Source of the DNA: Patescibacteria group bacterium
Lineage (GTDB): Bacteria; Patescibacteriota; Minisyncoccia; JAHIHE01; JAGLIN01
Direction of reading: 5' to 3'
NCBI GenBank assembly: GCA_034660995.1
Contig: JAYEKL010000063.1
Span: 5,449-46,377, forward strand
DNA length: 40,929 nt
The translations under genes and the position numbers were made by a program. Position 1 is the stretch's first letter; the number at the start of each line of letters is the position of its first letter. Under the pieces are notes generated by a model. The model had not been told where the DNA came from. It did no database searches and saw nothing but the letters and a program-made list of their open reading frames with translations. Below, piece by piece: positions 32,986 through 40,089 of this stretch.

Positions 32986-34032
32986 ATGAATATCCCAGAA
33001 ATGCCAACAAAAATGCCAACAAACGAGATTTTCAACAAAGAGCTTAATGAGCGTGTTGGTATAGGCGAAAGAATAAGTTTAGAATTGAGGGATGTACCTG
33101 AAATAGATTATGAAAACTTTGATTCTATAAAAGATGAGATGATTCAAAAGATTGGAATTGAAAATGAGGAAGATTTTGTGTTGCTTGAATCAATGATGGG
33201 ATTGAGACTGAATATAAGTAGAAATATTGAAAGAGTTAAGATGATTAATGGCAATAATAAAGATAAAGATATTTTTAGGAACTATGCGATAGAAGATGCG
33301 GAGTGGATGGATTTAATTGCAGAACATATTACATCTATTAACAACGATTCAAGTTTAAAGAAAAAAGAGAAACTGGATAAAATTCACTTATTTTGGAAAG
33401 ATTTAGAAAGAGCGTATAAGGATTTTGAAATATATTATAAGGATTTTACTGCCTCGTTAAAAGAAGATAATCTTGATTTTGATTGCAAAAAAAATGGAAT
33501 ATTGGGTCAAGTGGCAGCTGAAGATCTGGTGAATGGTATAAACGAAATTTCTGAAGAACTAAATATAAAAGAAATTAGCATAAGATCGTCAACTTCTAAA
33601 GAAGATGTTGATGAAAAAATTGATTTTTATGTTAGCATTGAATATCTTAATGGTTTAACCAATACAATGCCATGTCAGGTTAAAGCGCATAAAAATACGT
33701 CTTATACTGGAAGATTTATACTTGATAATCTGATAACCAAGGTTACAAAGATATCTAATGACGAGTTGAAATTATCGCGCGATATAAAAGTTCCCTCTGC
33801 TGCCGAAGAGCAAATAATTAAGGATTTAGAAATATTTAAGGAGAGGGCTTTAACAGAACATAAAGAAGGTTTATTTATTATAATTCCATATGGAAAGGCG
33901 GTTTATAGAAAAACAAAGAGAAAGGTGGAAGAAGTAGATCTGTTAGGGGAAAATGGTCAAGCTCACGAACGTTTAAAAGAAGCGTTTGTGTCACAATTAA
34001 AAGAAAGAAAGGTTTTAGATCTTAAGATTTAG
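32986..34032 (+). CDS. Hypothetical acidic protein
   Basis: 348-aa uninterrupted ORF with no motif I can recognise. Confidence 0.55.
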   Translation: MNIPEMPTKMPTNEIFNKELNERVGIGERISLELRDVPEIDYENFDSIKDEMIQKIGIENEEDFVLLESMMGLRLNISRNIERVKMINGNNKDKDIFRNYAIEDAEWMDLIAEHITSINNDSSLKKKEKLDKIHLFWKDLERAYKDFEIYYKDFTASLKEDNLDFDCKKNGILGQVAAEDLVNGINEISEELNIKEISIRSSTSKEDVDEKIDFYVSIEYLNGLTNTMPCQVKAHKNTSYTGRFILDNLITKVTKISNDELKLSRDIKVPSAAEEQIIKDLEIFKERALTEHKEGLFIIIPYGKAVYRKTKRKVEEVDLLGENGQAHERLKEAFVSQLKERKVLDLKI

Positions 34033-34067
34033 CGCGCAAGTTTTAAATTTAAGACAGTGTGAAAATA

Positions 34068-34095
34068 TTGACAAGATTGGCTAGTGTGATAAAAT
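34068..34095 (+). promoter_or_regulatory. Near-consensus extended -10 promoter
   Basis: TTGACA (34068-34073), 16-nt spacer containing TG, then TGaTAAAAT (34087-34095). GGAGGTG (34114-34120) follows, 3 nt before ATG 34124. Confidence 0.6.
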
Positions 34096-34123
34096 ATTAA
34101 TCTCAACCAAAGTGGAGGTGAAA

Positions 34124-34306
34124 ATGAAAAAAAATGATGATGTACTAGAGCTTAATTGTTCGCAAGCGTTAGAAATTATTGAAGAAATCGGTGAAGGGCG
34201 TGTTGTAATGCATCCTTTAAGTTTTAGTGCGTTGAACAACCATATAAGTGGCTGTTCAGAATGCGCCAAAAGATTAATCGAAGCCACAAAAAAACAGAGA
34301 GAATAA
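34124..34306 (+). CDS. Small zf-HC2-like (anti-sigma-factor-type zinc finger) protein
   Basis: 60 aa. LNCSQALEIIEE...HISGCSECAKRL fits the C...H-x3-C-x2-C anti-sigma zinc-finger pattern. It has a strong SD and its own promoter and terminator. There is no TM segment and no sigma factor gene nearby. Confidence 0.55.
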   Translation: MKKNDDVLELNCSQALEIIEEIGEGRVVMHPLSFSALNNHISGCSECAKRLIEATKKQRE

Positions 34307-34325
34307 CTCTCTGTCTTATTTTTAT
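34294..34325 (+). terminator. Rho-independent terminator
   Basis: Stem acagagag/ctctctgt (34294-34301 / 34307-34314) with the stop codon in the loop, followed by T-rich sequence. Confidence 0.65.
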
Positions 34326-34352
34326 CTGTTTAGGATAACAGTTATATGTGGT

Positions 34353-34686
34353 TGTCATTTCGAACGGAGAGAGAAATCTATAAACTATACTATGCCAGAA
34401 ACGAGGAAGGTTTAAGTGAAACTTGTTTAATTCATAGATCTCTCCATTTCGCTATCGCTCCAGTCGAGATGACAAGTTTGTTTTATTCTTATTCCAAACA
34501 TAGTTGTCATTTCGAATCCCGATAGGGTGAGAAATCTGTAAGCGGATAAAATGGTTTGTTAGGAATAAATTAACTTGAAAACAGAGGTATAGTGTGCTTA
34601 CAGATCTCTCCATTCCGCTATCGCTTCAGTCGAGATGACATCTACGCGTTCCTTCAAGATACGCTATCACTCCAGTTGAGATGACA
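34353..34686 (+). repeat. Family-B composite hairpin-repeat cluster, copy B3
   Basis: Units present, in order: tgtcatttcgaacggagagagaaatct; agatctctccatttcgctatcgctccagtcgagatgaca; tgtcatttcgaatcccgatagggtgagaaatctgtaagcgga; cagatctctccattccgctatcgcttcagtcgagatgaca; plus a partial unit. It ends 32 nt from the leuS stop. Confidence 0.85.
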
Positions 34687-34717
34687 TCTACGCACTCCTA
34701 ACTTCTAACCTTCTAAT

Positions 34718-37700
34718 TCAAACTACCACATTAATTAATCTTCCTTTTACGAATATAATTTTTTTAATTTCTTTTTCCTCAATCCATTTTTTTAATTTTT
34801 CACTTTCAAGAGCGATTTTTTTTGCTTCCTTCTCTGAAATATCTGCTGGGACTTTAATTTGGTCGCGGAGTTTTCCGTTGACTTGAATTACGAGCTGAAT
34901 TTCACTATTTTTGGTAAGCTCAGGATCAAATTCTGGCCAAGATTGCAGATGAATACTTTCTTTTTCTCCAGATAATTTCCATAGTTCTTCTGTAATATGC
35001 GGAGCAAAGGGGGAGAGGAGAATTAAAAATATTGGATATTGGATATTGGATATTGTTTTTTGTTTTTCCATTCCATTTGCAAGAATCATCAATGAACTAA
35101 TTGCTGTGTTGAATTTTAAATTTTCTATATCTTCAGTAACTTTTTTTATTGTTTGATGTAATAATTGTTCTATATTTTTATCTTGTAGGGGCGCAAGATT
35201 TTGCGCTCTCTCATTGTTTGTAGCAACAAGTAGGGACGCAAAATTTTGCGTTCTCGTTTTATCGGGGAACACAAGATTTTGTGTTCCTACTTTGCTTTGC
35301 ATTCCCCAAACTCTTTCTAGAAATCTGTTCATTCCAATTAAACTATGTGTGTTCCATGGAATTGCATCGCCATATGGACCCATAAACATCTCATAGAGTC
35401 TAATTGTGTCTGCTCCATATTCTTTGATAACTTCATCGGGATTTACGACGTTACCGCGCGATTTGCTCATTTTTTGTCCATCTTCGGAAAGTATCATTCC
35501 ATGCGATCTCCTTTTTATGTATGGCTCAGCGGTATTCACATATTTTAGATCAAATAAAAACTTGTGCCAAAAACGAGAATAAAGAAGATGCAAAGTTGTA
35601 TGTTCCATTCCGCCGTTATATAGATCAATAGGCATCCAGTGTTTTAATTTTTTAGACGAAGCAAATTCTTTATTATTTTTAGAATCTATATATCGCAAAA
35701 AATACCAGCTTGATCCAGCCCAATTTGGCATTGTATCAGTTTCTCTTTTTGCGCTATTACCACATTTTGGACATTTCACATTTACCCATTTATCAATTTT
35801 TGCAAGAGGGGATTCACCCGTATCCGTCGGTTCGTAATTTTTTACTTCTGGTAATTCAAGCGGCAAGTCTTTTTTAGATAATGAGATATTTTCAGTTATA
35901 TTTATTTTTTCAAATTCCCAGCCAACAAGTCCGTTTTTTTGAATTCTATCAACGTAATCTTTTGTAAAACTGTAAGTTTTTTTCAAGTCATCTAATTTAT
36001 TTATTTTGATTTCCGGAATAATATTTTTTATTAAATCTTTTTTTTCAAACAGCTCTTCCAGATTTTTGAAATTATAAACTGTCTTTATTTTTACAATTTC
36101 AAAATCATCCGTGTTTTTATTATTTATCTTTATCAGATCACCAATTTTTATGTCTCCGAAATATCTTTCTTTTTCTTCAGGATTTAAAGCTCTGGTTTCT
36201 ACGGTTTTTCTGTCTGCGATGATTTGATTCCAAACATTATCATCTCTAAAATTAAGCTCCATCTTAATTTTAAATCTCCTTGAACCACATTCTTTACACT
36301 TCACAATCGGAATCGGTTCGCCCCAATAATGCTGTCTCGAAAAAACCCAATCTCTTAATTTATAATTTACCGCCTTTTTGCCGAGTTTATTTTTTTCCAG
36401 CCATTCGGTTATTTCTTTTTTAAATTCAGCTGTTGTAAGTCCATTAAATTGTTCTGAATTTATGGCAATTCCGTCTTCTGATAAAAATTTTTCCCCATTT
36501 TGAAAAATATCCCAATGAATTTCTAATTCCGACAAATTTATAAAATCCTTTACCTTTTCTTTTTCTAGCCAAATGCCATTATGGTTTTTTACCTCCTCTT
36601 TTTTTGGTTCTATAAAACTGTTGTCTAATAATTCTATGTAAATACAATTTCTTTTCAAATCGCAACGATTAACATCTTTATGCGCCGCAAAAAAACGACT
36701 GTAAATTGTATTTCCAATTCTTTTAACAACACGCATATTTTGATAACCGGATTCTTCTTTTGCTTCTCTAAGAGCTGCTTCTTCAGCACTTTCTCCTTTT
36801 TCAATGCCACCGACTACAAAAGTTTTCCAATCATTTTTACTTTTACTCCAGTCTAAGCAAAAATATTCATCTTTTTCCCAGTGTTTAATAATTACATCCA
36901 CAACTTCTCTTTTTGTATTTTTTTTGTCTTTCCTGATTTTATTTTTACCCTCACCAATAAATAATGGCGCTATAACTTGTCTTATCTCCAACCCAAATTT
37001 TTTCGCAAACTCAAAATCCCTTTCATCATGCGCCGGCACCGCCATAATCGCGCCCGTGCCATAAGAAGCCAAAACATAATCCGCGATCCAAATTGGAATT
37101 TCTTCGTTATTAATCGGATTTATCGCTTTAATCCCTTTCAATTCAACCCCCGTTTTTTCTTTTGCCAAATCAGTCCTGTCTAAATCAGATTTTTGCTTAG
37201 CTTTTTCAATATATTTTTTCACTTCTTCCAAATTCAAAATTCTAGATTCCAAATTCTTTATCAAATTATGTTCAGGAGACAAAACCATATAAGTACATCC
37301 AAATAAAGTATCGGGTCTGGTGGTGAAAACTTCAATAAATTTTGAATTTTGAATTTGTAATTTTGAATTTATTTGTAATTTGGAATTTGTAATTTGGAAT
37401 TTAATAGTCGCTCCTTCCGATTTACCAATCCAGTTAATCTGCTGTGTTTTAATTTTATCTAAATAGTCAACTGTTTCTAGGTCTTTAATCAATCTGTTTG
37501 CGTATTTTGTTATTCTAAGCATCCATTGTTTCATAGTCTTCTTTTCTGTTGGCGCGCCGCATCTTTCGCAAGCATCATTGACAACTTCTTCGTTTGCTAA
37601 TCCTATTTTACAGTCGGGACACCAATTGATTGACATTTCCGCTTCATAAGCCATTCTTTGATTATCAATGTATTCTTTTTTCTCATTGTCGTTTAAATCT

Positions 37701-38194
37701 TTTGGAATTTTCAATTCTTCAATTGGACATGCTTTGTCTAATTTTTCATCATAAAAACTGTTAAACAATTTTAAAAAGATCCATTGTGTCCATTTATAAT
37801 ATTGTGGATCAGTTGTATTGATTTCACGCGACCAATCAAAACTAGGACCATAGCTTTTGATTTGACGAGTGAAGTTTTTAATATTATTTTTTGTTACGAT
37901 TTTTGGATGAGTTTTTGTTTTAATCGCAAAATTTTCTGTTGGCAAGCCAAAAGCGTCCCAGCCGATTGGGTACATAACATTATGTCCGTCCATCCTTTTT
38001 TTTCGCGCGACAATATCAATCGCAATATGACTTCTCAAATGTCCAACATGAAGCCCAGCTCCAGATGGATAGGGAAACTCAATTAAACAATAAAACTTTT
38101 TCTTTTTAGAAAAATCTTCCGCTTTATAAATGTTACTCTTGTCCCATTCTTTTTGCCATTTTCCTTCAATTTTTTGAGGGTTATATTTTTGCAT
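34718..38194 (-). CDS. leuS: Leucine--tRNA ligase with two large in-frame domain insertions and three repeat-derived insertions
   Basis: 1158 aa. Canonical landmarks in order: PYPSGAGLHVGH, WCPDCKIGLANEEV..CERCG, TTRPDTLFGCTYMVLSPEH, AVPAHDERDFEFAKKFGL, YKLRDWVFSRQHYWGEPIPI, RETDTMPNWAGSSWYFLRY, KMSKSRGN. Confidence 0.95.
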   Translation of the reverse strand: MQKYNPQKIEGKWQKEWDKSNIYKAEDFSKKKKFYCLIEFPYPSGAGLHVGHLRSHIAIDIVARKKRMDGHNVMYPIGWDAFGLPTENFAIKTKTHPKIVTKNNIKNFTRQIKSYGPSFDWSREINTTDPQYYKWTQWIFLKLFNSFYDEKLDKACPIEELKIPKDLNDNEKKEYIDNQRMAYEAEMSINWCPDCKIGLANEEVVNDACERCGAPTEKKTMKQWMLRITKYANRLIKDLETVDYLDKIKTQQINWIGKSEGATIKFQITNSKLQINSKLQIQNSKFIEVFTTRPDTLFGCTYMVLSPEHNLIKNLESRILNLEEVKKYIEKAKQKSDLDRTDLAKEKTGVELKGIKAINPINNEEIPIWIADYVLASYGTGAIMAVPAHDERDFEFAKKFGLEIRQVIAPLFIGEGKNKIRKDKKNTKREVVDVIIKHWEKDEYFCLDWSKSKNDWKTFVVGGIEKGESAEEAALREAKEESGYQNMRVVKRIGNTIYSRFFAAHKDVNRCDLKRNCIYIELLDNSFIEPKKEEVKNHNGIWLEKEKVKDFINLSELEIHWDIFQNGEKFLSEDGIAINSEQFNGLTTAEFKKEITEWLEKNKLGKKAVNYKLRDWVFSRQHYWGEPIPIVKCKECGSRRFKIKMELNFRDDNVWNQIIADRKTVETRALNPEEKERYFGDIKIGDLIKINNKNTDDFEIVKIKTVYNFKNLEELFEKKDLIKNIIPEIKINKLDDLKKTYSFTKDYVDRIQKNGLVGWEFEKINITENISLSKKDLPLELPEVKNYEPTDTGESPLAKIDKWVNVKCPKCGNSAKRETDTMPNWAGSSWYFLRYIDSKNNKEFASSKKLKHWMPIDLYNGGMEHTTLHLLYSRFWHKFLFDLKYVNTAEPYIKRRSHGMILSEDGQKMSKSRGNVVNPDEVIKEYGADTIRLYEMFMGPYGDAIPWNTHSLIGMNRFLERVWGMQSKVGTQNLVFPDKTRTQNFASLLVATNNERAQNLAPLQDKNIEQLLHQTIKKVTEDIENLKFNTAISSLMILANGMEKQKTISNIQYPIFLILLSPFAPHITEELWKLSGEKESIHLQSWPEFDPELTKNSEIQLVIQVNGKLRDQIKVPADISEKEAKKIALESEKLKKWIEEKEIKKIIFVKGRLINVVV
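35039..35065 (-). repeat. In-frame 7-nt tandem repeat (atattgg x about 3.9) inside leuS
   Basis: Plus strand atattggatattggatattggatattg. It encodes ISNIQYPI within the C-terminal anticodon-binding region. Confidence 0.85.
35183..35293 (-). repeat. Three in-frame palindromic units inside leuS
   Basis: gcgcaagattttgcgc (35191-35206), acgcaaaattttgcgt (35236-35251, perfect) and ggaacacaagattttgtgttcc (35266-35287). Centres are 45 and 33 nt apart. They translate as RAQNLAP / RTQNFAS / GTQNLVF. Confidence 0.85.
35870..36283 (-). other. ASCH/PUA-like module of about 138 aa inserted between the two halves of a LeuRS zinc knuckle
   Basis: Residues ~638-775 lie between KCKECG and KCPKCG. The pattern WNQIIADRKTVETRAL...IKIGDLIKI...FEIVKIKTV...LVGWEFEKI resembles ASCH domains such as E. 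coli YqfB (ILAGRKTITIRD...FKTGDVLRV...YVIEFKCL, recalled from memory). Confidence 0.5.
36494..36952 (-). other. Nudix hydrolase module of about 155 aa inserted after the LeuRS editing domain
   Basis: Residues ~415-567. The Nudix box GGIEKGESAEEAALREAKEESGY fits G-x5-E-x7-R-E-U-x-E-E-x-G-U exactly. Confidence 0.8.
37339..37401 (-). repeat. In-frame 7-nt-period repeat tract inside leuS
   Basis: Plus strand attttga attttga atttgta attttga ... atttgga atttgta atttgga. It encodes QITNSKLQINSKLQIQNSKF just before the editing-domain entry IEVFTTRPDT. Confidence 0.8.
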
Positions 38195-38217
38195 ATAAAT
38201 TCAAATATTATAATAAG

Positions 38218-38976
38218 CTATCTAATGTTTTCTATATCTTTATACCTGGTTATTTTATCTAAAATTTTATCTTTAGTTTTATTTATTTTTTTAAATGGAA
38301 GATCAATATCATTTTTTATTATTGCCAAATCAAAATAATATCGTAAAGTGCCCAAAACTCCCACCTTTTCCAGTTTACGAGAAGATGTAATTACTTTTTT
38401 TTCTGGTAAATATTTAACTTTGCCTAATAAATTAATGTCTTTGCTCAGCTGAACATCTTCCAGCATACTGTCTTTAAAGCCTCCGACTTTTTCAAATTTG
38501 TCTTTTAAAATGCAAGTATTAAATCCAGGAAGGGTCGCGCAATCAAGCTGAGAACGCATTAACAAATAACTGTTAGTTATCTCTTCGGCGAAAATAAGAT
38601 TCGGTGACTGTCTAGAAAATTTAAAACTCGTTGAAAGTCCTACGAGATGTGGAATTTTTCTAAATTTTCTAAAAATAAATTCAATATAGTCTGGTAAAAT
38701 TTTAGTATCGGCATCAATAAAAACTAATATTTTTCCTTTGGCGATCAAAGTGCCGGTATTTCTTGCGCAGGAGGGAGTTCTTTTTTTCGAAATGATTATT
38801 TTATCAGCGTATTTTTTGGCAATTTCAATTGTTTTATCACTGCTTTTACAATCAGAAACGATTATCTCATAATTCAAACCTGTTTTTTGGTTTTTAATTG
38901 ATTTTAAAGTTGTCTCAACATATTTTTCTTCGTTATATGTTGGAACAATAACTGAAATATCTGTTTTTATTCTCAT
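38218..38976 (-). CDS. Family-2 glycosyltransferase
   Basis: 252 aa with VIVPTYNEEKY and DADT (DxD) motifs of the GT-A fold GT2. Confidence 0.88.
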   Translation of the reverse strand: MRIKTDISVIVPTYNEEKYVETTLKSIKNQKTGLNYEIIVSDCKSSDKTIEIAKKYADKIIISKKRTPSCARNTGTLIAKGKILVFIDADTKILPDYIEFIFRKFRKIPHLVGLSTSFKFSRQSPNLIFAEEITNSYLLMRSQLDCATLPGFNTCILKDKFEKVGGFKDSMLEDVQLSKDINLLGKVKYLPEKKVITSSRKLEKVGVLGTLRYYFDLAIIKNDIDLPFKKINKTKDKILDKITRYKDIENIR

Positions 38977-39011
38977 TTGTTATTTATTTTAAAATATATT
39001 ATATGTATTTT

Positions 39012-39815
39012 TTAAAGAGAATCTTTTATTTTTTGCAGATTAAATAATCTAATTGCGTTCTCACTTGTCGCTTTCTCAATTTCCTCAAAATTTGTATTTC
39101 TAATATGCGCGATCTTTTCGGCAACATATTTAACAAGAAGCGGTTCGTTTCTTTCTCCTCTGTCGGGAACTGGCGCAAGATACGGACAATCTGTTTCAAT
39201 AAGGATTTTATTAAGTGGCATATTTTCTATGACACGATATATCTCTGGTTTGTTTCCTAGTTTAGATTTATCCTTGTAATAAGTGATAATTCCTGTAAAA
39301 CCGACATAAAATCCAAGCTCTAAAAATTTTTCCGCAATTTTTTGGCTAGCTGTAAAACAATGAATAACGCCACGCCAATTATCTGTTTGATAGCTTTTTA
39401 AAATATCTATCAGGTCGTTATAGGCATCTCGGCAGTGAATAATAAGTGGCATATTGTGATTATCAGCTAATTCAAGTTGTGATCTAAACGCTTCTATTTG
39501 TTTTTTTTGTGGTGATAAATTTCTAAAATAATCAAGACCAATTTCTCCGACAGCAATAACTTTGTAATGTTGAACCAAATCTTCTAGTTTTTTTAAGCTA
39601 TTTTTATCAACCGAATCTGCGTCGTGCGGATGAATACCTGCGGAAGCGAAAATATTTTCATTGTCATTGGCAAGCTTACAGCTTCTGATACTTGATTTTA
39701 AATCACATCCAACATTGATCATTTTTTCTCCACCAGCCTTAAAAAACCGTTTTATAACTTCTTTACGGTCATCATCAAATTCTTTAAAGTCTATATGAAC
39801 ATGGCTATCTATCAT
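39012..39815 (-). CDS. tatD: TatD-family metal-dependent hydrolase/DNase
   Basis: 267 aa with IDSHVHID, GEIGLDY, IIHCR and ETDCPYL. It lies downstream of metG, as in many bacteria. Confidence 0.9.
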   Translation of the reverse strand: MIDSHVHIDFKEFDDDRKEVIKRFFKAGGEKMINVGCDLKSSIRSCKLANDNENIFASAGIHPHDADSVDKNSLKKLEDLVQHYKVIAVGEIGLDYFRNLSPQKKQIEAFRSQLELADNHNMPLIIHCRDAYNDLIDILKSYQTDNWRGVIHCFTASQKIAEKFLELGFYVGFTGIITYYKDKSKLGNKPEIYRVIENMPLNKILIETDCPYLAPVPDRGERNEPLLVKYVAEKIAHIRNTNFEEIEKATSENAIRLFNLQKIKDSL

Positions 39816-40089
39816 AATTGGTTTAATTTATTATTTAATTAAATCTTCTTTGCTTCACATATTTTCTGGATTCATTTCTTCTTTTGTCATGATTTAATTA
39901 TAGTTGATTTAAAGCTTGATCTTTATTATTGTAAATCTACTTGGCAAACATTGTCAATTTCTATTCTTATGCTATATTGGTTTTAAAGAGGGATTCTTTA
40001 TGAGTAAAAAGAAAATAATAAGTTTAAGAAGCATAAAAGACACTTTGATTTTTCGTGTAATAGCACCAAATTTGCCAACAATAGCATTT

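Noticed and set aside
34718-38194. Intein as the explanation for the extra ~300 aa in leuS
   Set aside because: The inserts lack intein boundary signatures: there is no Cys/Ser/Thr at the insert start paired with a terminal His-Asn followed by Cys/Ser/Thr. No homing-endonuclease LAGLIDADG/HNH motifs are present. Instead the inserts show a Nudix box and an ASCH-like pattern.
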